Source: an uncultured Cytophagales bacterium (lineage in GTDB: Bacteria; Bacteroidota; Bacteroidia; Cytophagales; Spirosomataceae). From it: a stretch of DNA of 58,206 bases. The stretch lies in contig CAZVFE010000001.1 of NCBI GenBank assembly GCA_964626405.1, positions 1 through 58,206 of the forward strand, read 5' to 3'. Both the position numbers and the translations under genes were made by a program. Under the pieces are notes generated by a model. That model was not told where the DNA came from. It searched no databases and saw only the letters and a list, made by a program, of their open reading frames with translations. Below are positions 36,214 through 45,476 of the stretch, one piece after another (the stretch's first letter is position 1; each line of letters begins with the position of its first letter).

Positions 36214-38022
36214 ATGCAAAGCATCCGAAATATTGCTATTATCGCTCACGTAGACCATGGTAAAACTACTTTAGTTGATAAAATCATTCACGCCTCAAAA
36301 ATTTTTAGAGACAATCAAGAATTTGAAGATTTAATTCTCGACAATAATGATCTTGAAAGAGAGAGAGGAATTACAATCGTTTCAAAAAACGTATCTGTAA
36401 AATATAATGATGTAAAAATTAATATTATAGATACTCCTGGTCACGCAGATTTTGGAGGCGAGGTAGAACGTGTTCTTAGAATGGCGGATGGGGTTTTACT
36501 CCTTGTTGATGCCTTCGAAGGTCCAATGCCTCAAACTCGTTTCGTTTTATCTAAAGCAATTTCACTTGGCCTAAAGCCTATCGTTGTGGTCAATAAAGTG
36601 GACAAAGAAAATTGTAGACCAGACGAAGTTCATGAGCAAGTATTCGATTTAATGTTCAATCTTGAAGCGACAGAAGAACAATTAGACTTCCCATGTTTAT
36701 ATGGTTCATCTAAACAAGGATGGATGAGCGAAGATTGGAAACAACCTACAGATAACATCATCCCTTTATTGGATGCTATTATCAAACATATTCCAGAAGC
36801 TCCAGCCAATCAAGGAACTCCACAATTACAAATTACCTCTCTAGATTATTCTAGCTTCGTAGGTAGAATTGCAATTGGTAGATTAAATAGAGGCGAGCTA
36901 AAAGAAAACCAACCAATTGCTCTTTGTAAGGCAGATGGTTCAATTAAAAAAGGAAGAATTAAGGAAATTCAATTATTTGAAGGATTGGGTAGAATTAAAG
37001 TTCCGATGGTTTCTGCAGGAGATATTTGTGCAATTACCGGTATAGAAGATTTCGAAATTGGTGATACAATTGCTGATGCTGAAAATCCTGAAGCATTACC
37101 TAGAATTGCCATTGATGAGCCTACCATGAATATGCTCTTCACCATAAATAATTCACCATTCTTCGGCAAAGAAGGTAAATTCGTAACTTCAAGACACTTA
37201 AGAGATAGACTTTTTAAAGAAACAGAAAAAAATCTTGCATTAAAGGTCCAAACTACAGATAGCGAAGATAGATTTTTAGTATTCGGAAGAGGTATCCTTC
37301 ACTTATCAGTTTTAATCGAAACTATGAGAAGAGAGGGCTATGAATTACAAGTAGGTCAGCCTCAAGTAATTTATAAGGAAGATGAAAACGGACAAAAATT
37401 AGAACCAATAGAATCTCTTGTAGTAGATGTTCCTGATGAGTTTTCAGGAAAAGTAATTGATTTAGCCACTCAAGGCAAAGGAGAATTACAAACTATGGAG
37501 CCAAAAGGAGATTTACAACATTTAGAATTCATTATACCTTCTAGAGGACTAATTGGATTAAGAACAAAAATCATTACAGCCACTCAAGGTGAAGCAATTA
37601 TTGCTCATAGATTTATCGGATATGAAGCTTTCAAAGGAAATATTTCTGGTAGAACCAATGGATCATTAATTTCAATGAATAATGGTGTTGCTACCCCTTA
37701 TTCTATTGATAAATTACAAGATAGAGGAGTATTCTTCATCGATCCAGGAGAGGAAGTGTATGGTGGAATGGTAGTAGGTGAACATAATCGTCAAAATGAT
37801 ATTGAAGTAAATCTTCAAAATGCAAAAAAATTGACAAACATGCGTGCCTCAGGTTCTGATGATAATGTAAGAATTGCTCCAAAATTAAATTTCTCTTTAG
37901 AGGAATGTATGGAATTTATCCAAAAAGATGAATACCTAGAGGTAACTCCAAAATCTCTAAGAATGAGAAAAATTTATTTGGATGCCAACGAAAGAAAAAG
38001 ATACGAAATGAAAAATAATTAA
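36214..38022 (+). CDS. typA: Translational GTPase TypA/BipA.
   Basis: IRNIAIIAHVDHGKTTLVD, DTPGHADFGGEVER, NKVDK, and a 602-aa length with the BipA-specific C-terminal domain. Confidence 0.95.
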   Translation: MQSIRNIAIIAHVDHGKTTLVDKIIHASKIFRDNQEFEDLILDNNDLERERGITIVSKNVSVKYNDVKINIIDTPGHADFGGEVERVLRMADGVLLLVDAFEGPMPQTRFVLSKAISLGLKPIVVVNKVDKENCRPDEVHEQVFDLMFNLEATEEQLDFPCLYGSSKQGWMSEDWKQPTDNIIPLLDAIIKHIPEAPANQGTPQLQITSLDYSSFVGRIAIGRLNRGELKENQPIALCKADGSIKKGRIKEIQLFEGLGRIKVPMVSAGDICAITGIEDFEIGDTIADAENPEALPRIAIDEPTMNMLFTINNSPFFGKEGKFVTSRHLRDRLFKETEKNLALKVQTTDSEDRFLVFGRGILHLSVLIETMRREGYELQVGQPQVIYKEDENGQKLEPIESLVVDVPDEFSGKVIDLATQGKGELQTMEPKGDLQHLEFIIPSRGLIGLRTKIITATQGEAIIAHRFIGYEAFKGNISGRTNGSLISMNNGVATPYSIDKLQDRGVFFIDPGEEVYGGMVVGEHNRQNDIEVNLQNAKKLTNMRASGSDDNVRIAPKLNFSLEECMEFIQKDEYLEVTPKSLRMRKIYLDANERKRYEMKNN

Positions 38023-39680
38023 TTCCTAAAACGAATTAATGTATCTCGTACAAAATAGTAAGATAATTGATCTTTAAATCGGTAGTCTAACCATTGTTCA
38101 CTCGGACAATCACTACCTTGAATCGTAATGATTCCTGTTTGATGAACAATATCTAAATGAATAATCGAAGACCTGTAAGTTTGAATCATACTTACAGGTT
38201 TTTTGTTTATCCGCCAAATGCGAATCATAAAAAAAGAAGAAATGAATACCATGATTATTAATTTTAATAATACTAAATCCTGATTTTTTCTTCTTTTGAA
38301 CCAATAAAAAAAAACAATCACCAAACAATAATATAAAAATACCTCCCAAAGATTAAGACCTATCCAATCCAGACCTTTTCCAAATAAATCATTAGCCCAA
38401 TAAAAAATTTGATGCAAAAAATGAATTTCAAAAGAAATAATTGATCCTAAAATGGGCAAGTAAATAAAATAGGAAATGATTAAATAAATATAGGTCGATA
38501 TCAAAACAAAGGATGAACCAATAGCCACAATTGGATTCAAAACAAAATATAGAATTAAATTTGGCAACTTATGAAAATAAAGAATAATTATGGGAAGAGT
38601 AAAAACCTGTGCGGCGATCCCAATGAGGCTGATTTCAATAATAAATCGAAAAATTCTAGTATGAATACCTCTAAGCGGTTCTTTTACTTTTCCTATTTCT
38701 AATAACTGAAAAAATAATATGCCAGCAACTGCCAAAAAAGAAAGTATAAAACCTAATTCTCCTAATTGTTTGAAATCATGCCATAAAATCATGAAAGCAG
38801 AAAAAAATAATATATGAAAGGCTTGATATGGTTTAAAAAATAACCTCGCAAATAAAATAGTTGAAAACATAAAACTTGCCCTCAAGATAGGCGCAGCCCC
38901 ACCTACCATAATCCCATAAAAAACTAAAATTCCTATGATAATTAGCCAAAATAAAAATCGGAAAAAACTCCCCCATTTTTTGAATGGAGAAAATATTAAA
39001 CTTAATACAGAAAATAAAATCCCTACATGTAAGCCTGAAACAGATAAAAAATGAGATGCCCCGGCATTTTGATATAAAGCCTTTATTCCTAAATCTAATT
39101 CTGACTTATCGGAAAAAACAATCGTTTTTAATACGGCACGATCCTGCTTATTTTGCACAGAATCTAAACTCCCCAATAATTTATTCTTAAAAGAACTCAA
39201 TAAACTGGATGGTGGCTTAGAAATTAAGCGAAAACTTGAATTTGTAAAAAGTACTCTATTCAATCCTTGAAAATACTTCATTTCAAACAAAGTTCCCTTT
39301 TTCAAACCCCTTAAAGAATCCCCCATTATATGAATATTCCCCTTTCCCAATTGCCATTCTTTTCCATATATCCCAATAATCTCAGCCCTAGATAAATATT
39401 GATTGTTACTTTGGGATACATCCTCCTTTATTTCAAGTATTATTTTACCAGATTGATTGTCCTGATCATAATCCTCAGATTCTTTTATATGAAAAAAAAG
39501 AAACCCTAACAAAGAGAAATAAATAAATAATTGAAGTTTTTTAAAAAAAGAAATAATAAAAAAGGAAAAGGAAAATCCTAGAATTATGGACCTATCAATT
39601 ATTAGATATTTATGAATAAATAAACTGAAAAAATAAAAAAGAAATAATCGAATAAATAAATCAAAAGAGAACTTCTTCAC
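38019..39680 (-). CDS. ComEC/Rec2 family membrane protein (competence-channel core; no metallo-beta-lactamase domain).
   Basis: Polytopic membrane protein with the ComEC core motif GASHFLSVSGLHVGILF. 553 aa, so the C-terminal MBL domain is absent. Confidence 0.75.
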   Translation of the reverse strand: MKKFSFDLFIRLFLFYFFSLFIHKYLIIDRSIILGFSFSFFIISFFKKLQLFIYFSLLGFLFFHIKESEDYDQDNQSGKIILEIKEDVSQSNNQYLSRAEIIGIYGKEWQLGKGNIHIMGDSLRGLKKGTLFEMKYFQGLNRVLFTNSSFRLISKPPSSLLSSFKNKLLGSLDSVQNKQDRAVLKTIVFSDKSELDLGIKALYQNAGASHFLSVSGLHVGILFSVLSLIFSPFKKWGSFFRFLFWLIIIGILVFYGIMVGGAAPILRASFMFSTILFARLFFKPYQAFHILFFSAFMILWHDFKQLGELGFILSFLAVAGILFFQLLEIGKVKEPLRGIHTRIFRFIIEISLIGIAAQVFTLPIIILYFHKLPNLILYFVLNPIVAIGSSFVLISTYIYLIISYFIYLPILGSIISFEIHFLHQIFYWANDLFGKGLDWIGLNLWEVFLYYCLVIVFFYWFKRRKNQDLVLLKLIIMVFISSFFMIRIWRINKKPVSMIQTYRSSIIHLDIVHQTGIITIQGSDCPSEQWLDYRFKDQLSYYFVRDTLIRFRN

Positions 39681-39696
39681 AGTTAGGCATCAAGAC

Positions 39697-40272
39697 CTAA
39701 ATATAAAACTTTTTTAATTTAATATAAGTCTCTACTTGATCAGGAATTAGATATTTTACTGATCGGTTATTCTTAATGCAATCACGAATATAAGTAGCAG
39801 AAATTTGTAAAATTGGGGCATCTATTAGCTTTATGGAAGGATGTTGCCATAAATCAGAAGACTTCAGATTATTTCTTGGATAAACAATTAACTGATAATA
39901 TTTTAATATACTCTCATAATTCTTCCAAGATTTAAAATTTTCTAAATTATCGCCTCCTATAATTAAAGAAAATTCATATTCAGGATACTTCTCAGAAATA
40001 TAGGCCAAGGTTTCAACGGTATAGGAAGGCTTAGGCAAATGAAATTCAATATCAGAACTCTTAAATGCAAAATTATCTGCAATTGCTTTTTCTACTAAAT
40101 CCAATCGATCAAATTCATGTAATAAATTACTTGATTTTTTATGTGGATTTTGTGGAGATACGATAAACCAAATTTCCGAACAATCTGTTTGATTAATTAC
40201 AGCTTGGGCAATAATAAGATGCCCCATATGAATAGGATTAAAAGAACCAAAAAATAATCCAACCTTTTTCAA
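39697..40272 (-). CDS. nadD: Nicotinate-nucleotide adenylyltransferase.
   Basis: GLFFGSFNPIHMGH (HxGH motif), IGGDNLENF and ISATYIR (ISSTxxR-like). Confidence 0.9.
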   Translation of the reverse strand: MKKVGLFFGSFNPIHMGHLIIAQAVINQTDCSEIWFIVSPQNPHKKSSNLLHEFDRLDLVEKAIADNFAFKSSDIEFHLPKPSYTVETLAYISEKYPEYEFSLIIGGDNLENFKSWKNYESILKYYQLIVYPRNNLKSSDLWQHPSIKLIDAPILQISATYIRDCIKNNRSVKYLIPDQVETYIKLKKFYI

Positions 40273-40274
40273 TT

Positions 40275-40841
40275 TCAGATTTCTGTAAATTTTTTATAAA
40301 TATCCATTATTTCCTGTTCCGCCTTTACTAGATCATCATTCAATAAAATTTGATCAAATTGATCTTGATAAGAAATCTCCTCCCTCATTTTATCAATTCT
40401 AGTTTTTAAAGATTCCTCATTATCCGTTCCTCTCGCCCTTAATCTACCAACTAATTCATCAAAATTACTTACCTTAACATACAAGGCAAATGCCTTTTCC
40501 CCATAATATTTTTTTAAATTCAAACCCCCAATTACATCCACATCAAAAACAACATTTTTCCCTTCCGACCAAATCCTCTCTATTTCTGCCTTTAATGTTC
40601 CATAATAAGTGCCTGAATAAACCTCCTCATATTCTGCAAATTCATTTTGACTAATCTTAGCCTCAAAATCTTGTCTTGATAAAAAATAATAATCCTTACC
40701 GTCTTCCTCTTTCCCCCTTTTTGCACGTGTAGTAGCAGAAATTGAAAAGGATAAATCAGAATAATTCCTCAATAAATGATGAATTAATGTGGTCTTTCCA
40801 GACCCAGAAGGAGCAGAAACAATAAATAATTTACCAGCCAA
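40275..40841 (-). CDS. gmk: Guanylate kinase.
   Basis: P-loop SAPSGSGKTTL, SATTRAKRGKEEDGKDYYF and GTYYGT. Confidence 0.92.
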   Translation of the reverse strand: MAGKLFIVSAPSGSGKTTLIHHLLRNYSDLSFSISATTRAKRGKEEDGKDYYFLSRQDFEAKISQNEFAEYEEVYSGTYYGTLKAEIERIWSEGKNVVFDVDVIGGLNLKKYYGEKAFALYVKVSNFDELVGRLRARGTDNEESLKTRIDKMREEISYQDQFDQILLNDDLVKAEQEIMDIYKKFTEI

Positions 40842-40873
40842 CTTGATTTCTTTTGAGTGAAATTAAAGGAATT

Positions 40874-41137
40874 TTATTTGAACCACCAAATTAATACGAT
40901 AATTACAATAAATAGCTTAGATTTAATTTGATTTAAAACTTGTTCCGGACATTTATCCGAACAATTCTTCTTAATTAATTGCTTTAACTTTAATTCTAAT
41001 TCATGAAAGTCCTTACAAGGCCGACAATTTACGACATTCTCAGAGACTTTTTGCTTTTCTTCCGCAGACAAATCCCCATCTAGGAACCTCCTGACAAATT
41101 CTAAGCATTTCTTCTCATTATCACATTGTAATTTCAT
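40874..41137 (-). CDS. Small tail-anchored anti-sigma factor (zf-HC2/ZAS-like, Cys-rich) partnered with the upstream ECF sigma factor.
   Basis: CLEFVRRFLDGDLSAEEKQKVSENVVNCRPCKDFHE fits the anti-sigma zinc-finger layout, but Asn replaces the usual His (N-x3-C-x2-C). There are six Cys in 87 aa. A single C-terminal TM segment (LFIVIIVLIWWF) ends the protein. Confidence 0.6.
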   Translation of the reverse strand: MKLQCDNEKKCLEFVRRFLDGDLSAEEKQKVSENVVNCRPCKDFHELELKLKQLIKKNCSDKCPEQVLNQIKSKLFIVIIVLIWWFK

Positions 41138-41204
41138 GAATATTAATTGAATTAAGTTTTATTTGAAACATTGCATTTTTAAAAAAAGTTCCAAAATAAT
41201 TTAA

Positions 41205-41810
41205 TTATGACAGACTGTCAGTATTAAATCCTTTTTTTCTTGCAAAATCAACAAGTTTTAATTTTAAAATTTCCCTAGCACGATGCAACCTTGAACGAAC
41301 TGTACCAATAGGTATATTCAATATTTTACCTATTTCTTCATAGGTAAAATCCTCCAAATCAGATAATATTATGATTATACGAAAATCTGTCGCAAGAGAT
41401 TGTAAGGCTAAAGTAACCTCATCTCCCATTAAATCTTGTAGGGTTTCAGTTTTAAAATTTTGATTGATATCAGGTTCAAATTCATCACTGTCGGTGGGCT
41501 GAAGATTTTCAAAAGTTTCAAGTTCTGAAATAATTGGATTTCTTACCTTTTTGCGGTAATCATTAATAAAATTATTTTTTAAAATCCGGAACAACCAAGC
41601 TTTCGCATTAGTGCCCTCTTCATAAGAATCGATATATTTAAAAGCTTTTAGAAACGTATCCTGCAATAAATCATTTGCATCATCAGGATCAGTGGTTAAT
41701 TTTAAAGCAAAATTGTACATGGCATCAGCATGCGGGAAAAAATCTTTTTCAAAAATCTTTTCTGCTAATTTCTTTTTTTCAATTTCTAAGTCTGCGGATA
41801 CTTCTGCCAT
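41205..41810 (-). CDS. ECF-type RNA polymerase sigma-70 family factor.
   Basis: Region 2 is DANDLLQDTFLKAFKYIDSYEEGTNAKAWLFRILKNNFINDYRK. Region 4 HTH is SDLEDFTYEEIGKILNIPIGTVRSRLHRARE. Confidence 0.88.
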   Translation of the reverse strand: MAEVSADLEIEKKKLAEKIFEKDFFPHADAMYNFALKLTTDPDDANDLLQDTFLKAFKYIDSYEEGTNAKAWLFRILKNNFINDYRKKVRNPIISELETFENLQPTDSDEFEPDINQNFKTETLQDLMGDEVTLALQSLATDFRIIIILSDLEDFTYEEIGKILNIPIGTVRSRLHRAREILKLKLVDFARKKGFNTDSLS

Positions 41811-41880
41811 TTATACTAAGCACTTTTATGTAAATATACCTGCAATTAACTTACCAATTCATAAAAAGTGACAAATAGGC

Positions 41881-42387
41881 TTATTTTGATGGCGAAAAGC
41901 TCTCAATAATGATAAAAATTATCGTGGTAATAATACTTGTAAATAAAGTCTTTACTAAAACGAGTGGAAATAAGGAAGAATCACTTGCTTCTAGAATAAA
42001 ATAAACAAATGAATAAATTAACGTAGATACAAACACGTAAGAAGTAAATTTTTGAATCTTTAAGGTTCTAATTGACACACTTAGATCCTCCTCCTGATTA
42101 GAATCAAATCCAATTATTCTTAATAAAGGGAATTTTAAAAAGGCAATTAATACTGCTGAAAAAGCATGCAACCCATAGCTAAGTAAAAATAAATCTACAA
42201 TCCATCCAATGATTAAGGCAAAAAATAATAAAAATCCCAATGAAATACTCAATGGAGCCATCAATATTATATAGAGGTAAACAAAGAAAAATCCTCTTCC
42301 TAACAACGAAAAATCTCTAAATAGAAATAGCTGAACTAAAACTAATAATATACCAATTATCCAGAAGCCATTTCTTCTATTATTCAT
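41881..42387 (-). CDS. mreD: Rod shape-determining protein MreD.
   Basis: A 168-aa polytopic membrane protein directly after, and overlapping, mreC in the conserved mreBCD order. Confidence 0.7.
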   Translation of the reverse strand: MNNRRNGFWIIGILLVLVQLFLFRDFSLLGRGFFFVYLYIILMAPLSISLGFLLFFALIIGWIVDLFLLSYGLHAFSAVLIAFLKFPLLRIIGFDSNQEEDLSVSIRTLKIQKFTSYVFVSTLIYSFVYFILEASDSSLFPLVLVKTLFTSIITTIIFIIIESFSPSK

Positions 42388-43231
42388 CTTCTTTTAAAGA
42401 ATTTATTTCCTCTATAATGGAGTCTATTTCCTTCTTATTTTTATTTTTAACTAAATATACATTTTTTAATTTTTGGAATTCATTTGATAATAATACTTTG
42501 ATTTCATGAAAATTTCCATCTTCCTTTAAACCAATTTCAGCAACTACCCCAATCAAAATATCTGAAGGATATACCGTATTATAATCAGAGGTAACAATCG
42601 AATCTCCTAATTCCACGCGTTTAAATTTAGAAACATCATTCAAATCAATTATCTCCGATAAAGACCCATCCCATTTAATATAACCTAATTCTTGATTCGA
42701 TTTTATCTTTGCAGAAATAGAATTTTCTGTATTTAAAACAGACATCACCAAAGAGTGATGATCAATCGTTTTTATTACCTTCCCTACAATTCCCCTTGAT
42801 GAAATAACTCCCATCCCAGTTTCAACTCCATCCAATTTACCTTTATTAATAGTTAAATAATTTTTCGATAAATTAACTGAATTATAAACTACCCTGGCAG
42901 GCATAATGATATAATCAATTTGATCAATCAAATTATTCTTTAAAATCGCACTATCCATTTCTGCCTGGGAAATATCTTTATTATTAAATAATATCTCTTT
43001 TAGTTTTGCATTCTCCTCCACTAATTTCTGGTTTTGATCCCCAAGATGAATATAATCTTCAATCGAATTAATTCGATCTACCCAACTTGAAATCCATTCA
43101 TTGGATGCATTAAAAAAGATGGCCTTCTGATAATTATTTCGATTAAATATTTGTATAGCATTAAACAATTCCAAAAAAATAAAAAATAGGAATATCCTAA
43201 TCCTATAAAGGAATTGAAAAATTTTATACAT
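42380..43231 (-). CDS. mreC: Rod shape-determining protein MreC.
   Basis: N-terminal TM, coiled coil (ENAKLKE), then beta-barrel domains with LTINKGKLDGVETGMGVISSRGIVGKV. It sits between mreB and mreD. Confidence 0.85.
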   Translation of the reverse strand: MYKIFQFLYRIRIFLFFIFLELFNAIQIFNRNNYQKAIFFNASNEWISSWVDRINSIEDYIHLGDQNQKLVEENAKLKEILFNNKDISQAEMDSAILKNNLIDQIDYIIMPARVVYNSVNLSKNYLTINKGKLDGVETGMGVISSRGIVGKVIKTIDHHSLVMSVLNTENSISAKIKSNQELGYIKWDGSLSEIIDLNDVSKFKRVELGDSIVTSDYNTVYPSDILIGVVAEIGLKEDGNFHEIKVLLSNEFQKLKNVYLVKNKNKKEIDSIIEEINSLKEDE

Positions 43232-43247
43232 ACTTAAATAGTATTTA

Positions 43248-44273
43248 CTAGGTAATTAAAACTGGCTTATAACGGTCTATATTTTTAAGTATTTCCCCAG
43301 TACCACGAACAACCGCCTTCAAAGGATCATCTGCAATATGTACCTTCAATTGAGTCTTTCTTTCTATTCGCTTATCTAGACCATGTAACATTGCCCCTCC
43401 TCCTGCTAAATGAATACCATTATGGAAAATATCCCCAGATAACTCAGCAGGAGCCCTTTGCAAGGTCTCCATAATCGCTACCTCAATTTTCGTAATTGAA
43501 CTATCCAAAGCATAAGCAATTTCAGAATAATTTATTAATATCTCCTTTGGAATACCCGTAATTTGATCCCTACCTCTAATCTCAAAATCTGGTGGGGCAT
43601 TCTCTAATTCAGGTAAGGCAGAACCCACCTGAATTTTAATCTGCTCTGCAGAACGCTCACCGATAATCAATTTATGCTCTCTAGCTAAATAATCCTTAAT
43701 ATCCCTGGTAAACTCATCCCCAGCAACTCGAATTGAATTTTCAACTACAATTCCACTCAATGAAATAATCGCAACCTCCGTAGTTCCACCTCCAATATCC
43801 ACAATTAAAGAACCATTTGGCTGTTCAATATCTATACCAATACCAATTGCAGCCGCAATTGGCTCATGCACCATATACACCTCACGTGCCCCAGCATGCT
43901 CCGCTGAATCCTTTACCGCTCTTTTTTCAACCTCCGTTATTCCAGATGGAATACAAATCACCATTCTCAAGGATGGCGAAAAAAATGAATTGGATTTATC
44001 CATCATCTTGATTAATCCACGCATCATTAATTCTGCCGCAGTAAAGTCTGCAATTACCCCATCCTTCAATGGACGAATCGTCTTGATATTATCATTGGTC
44101 TTCTCATGCATCAACATAGCCTGCCTTCCAACTGCCATTACCTTATTTGTATTCCTGTCCAAGGCAATAATAGAGGGCTCATCCACCACTACTTGATTTT
44201 TATGAATAATTAAAGTATTGGCTGTTCCCAAGTCAATAGCAATATCTTTGGTAAAAAAATTAAAGAATCCCAT
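43248..44273 (-). CDS. mreB: Rod shape-determining actin homologue MreB.
   Basis: IAIDLGTANTLI, EPSIIAL, PLKDGVIADF, DIGGGTTEVAIISL and LAGGGAML. Confidence 0.95.
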   Translation of the reverse strand: MGFFNFFTKDIAIDLGTANTLIIHKNQVVVDEPSIIALDRNTNKVMAVGRQAMLMHEKTNDNIKTIRPLKDGVIADFTAAELMMRGLIKMMDKSNSFFSPSLRMVICIPSGITEVEKRAVKDSAEHAGAREVYMVHEPIAAAIGIGIDIEQPNGSLIVDIGGGTTEVAIISLSGIVVENSIRVAGDEFTRDIKDYLAREHKLIIGERSAEQIKIQVGSALPELENAPPDFEIRGRDQITGIPKEILINYSEIAYALDSSITKIEVAIMETLQRAPAELSGDIFHNGIHLAGGGAMLHGLDKRIERKTQLKVHIADDPLKAVVRGTGEILKNIDRYKPVLIT

Positions 44274-44295
44274 ACGAATTTTGATAATTAAAGAT

Positions 44296-44303
44296 TCAAA
44301 TTT
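44296..44303 (-). promoter_or_regulatory. Sigma-A -7 box candidate (TAAATTTG on the minus strand) upstream of mreB.
   Basis: The reverse complement of CAAATTTA at 44296-44303 is an exact TAnnTTTG match. It lies 22 nt upstream of the mreB ATG. Confidence 0.45.
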
Positions 44304-44491
44304 AAAAATAATTTTTACTAATATAATTGAAAGATAAGAAAATCTTTTTCCATTCTATTCAGTTATATAAATATAATACTAAAAAAGACCTTTAAAAACC
44401 TCTGCTATATTTAATCATTTATATTGAAAAAATTCTAAAATTATATTAAAATTTAACATTGAAATTTATTGTAATTCCTAGGATAATTTAT

Positions 44492-44499
44492 TAGATTTG
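44492..44499 (+). promoter_or_regulatory. Sigma-A -7 box candidate (TAGATTTG) upstream of the second AraC-family gene.
   Basis: Exact TAnnTTTG match, 49 nt upstream of the ATG at 44549. Confidence 0.4.
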
Positions 44500-44548
44500 T
44501 ACAATTATTTCTGAAAAAAAATTAGAATTTTTCAAAAATTTACTGTCT

Positions 44549-45475
44549 ATGGAGGATTATAACAAAATTATCGAGTCGCTTGGCGTTAAGTTTATCAAAT
44601 CTAGAAACATTAGAATATTACAACCTATCAAGATAAAAAACTTCTATGATGTAGAAAATTCTCTCTTGATATTGTACAAAGGACAAGTTTCTTTTGGTGA
44701 AGAATCCCTTAAAGTTGAGGAAGGTGATATGTTATTTATTCCTGGAGGAAAAATGATTAGTGTAACTTATGGTGACTCCTCCGATCCAAAACCAATATCT
44801 AACGAAGAATTCCTTACTAAAAGAGAATTATATTTCAATCAGAATTTTGATCCAAATGCAATCGGATCGCATTCCAATTCATTCGGAATGGTTTCTTTCG
44901 AAGCAAAAGTTTTTGACTCAGTCAATTTCTTCACTTCCCTAGATATCCCTCCATTCTTAATTAAAAATGATGAAAAACTAGCCATTACCATTAAAGAAAT
45001 TCTACAAGAAGATTTATTAGATAATATCGGGAAAGGTAGAATTATTAAAATTAAAACAGAGGAAATCGTAATTGAAATCATCCGTTATATTATTGAAAAT
45101 AGACTTTTCGTTGAACAATTAGCAACAAATTCAACTTATTTCAAAGATCCAAGATTAATAGATATTTTCGCATTCATCAAAGATAATATCGGTGGAGACC
45201 TATCAAATAAAGTTTTGGCTAATGTAGCAAACGTTTCTGAAGATTATGTAGGCCAATACTTTAAAATGCTTACAGGAATTAATCCACAAGATTATATCGA
45301 ATATCAAAGAATGGAAGCTGCCGTAGGCTTATTAAGAACAACAAAGAAATCCATTCGTTTAATTGGACAAGAAGTCGGATACAAAGATACTGCCTATTTC
45401 TGCCGAAGATTCAAAATGATGTTCGGAATCCCAGCAGGAAAAATGAGAAGAAGAGAATCATTAATGAATATCTAA
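44549..45475 (+). CDS. AraC-family transcriptional regulator (cupin-like N-terminus).
   Basis: N-terminal LILYKGQVSFGEESLKVEEGDMLFIPGG. C-terminal HTH pair LANVANVSEDYVGQYFKMLTGINPQDYIEYQRMEAAVGLL...EVGYKDTAYFCRRFKMMFGIPAGKMRR. Confidence 0.85.
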   Translation: MEDYNKIIESLGVKFIKSRNIRILQPIKIKNFYDVENSLLILYKGQVSFGEESLKVEEGDMLFIPGGKMISVTYGDSSDPKPISNEEFLTKRELYFNQNFDPNAIGSHSNSFGMVSFEAKVFDSVNFFTSLDIPPFLIKNDEKLAITIKEILQEDLLDNIGKGRIIKIKTEEIVIEIIRYIIENRLFVEQLATNSTYFKDPRLIDIFAFIKDNIGGDLSNKVLANVANVSEDYVGQYFKMLTGINPQDYIEYQRMEAAVGLLRTTKKSIRLIGQEVGYKDTAYFCRRFKMMFGIPAGKMRRRESLMNI

Positions 45476-45476
45476 G

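Noticed and set aside
44274-44548. The largest intergenic region (275 nt, between mreB and AraC), examined for a tRNA, small RNA, riboswitch or small ORF.
   Set aside because: It is uniformly AT-rich, with no GC-containing stems, tRNA-like cloverleaf or conserved-looking structure. Two divergent promoters explain it adequately.
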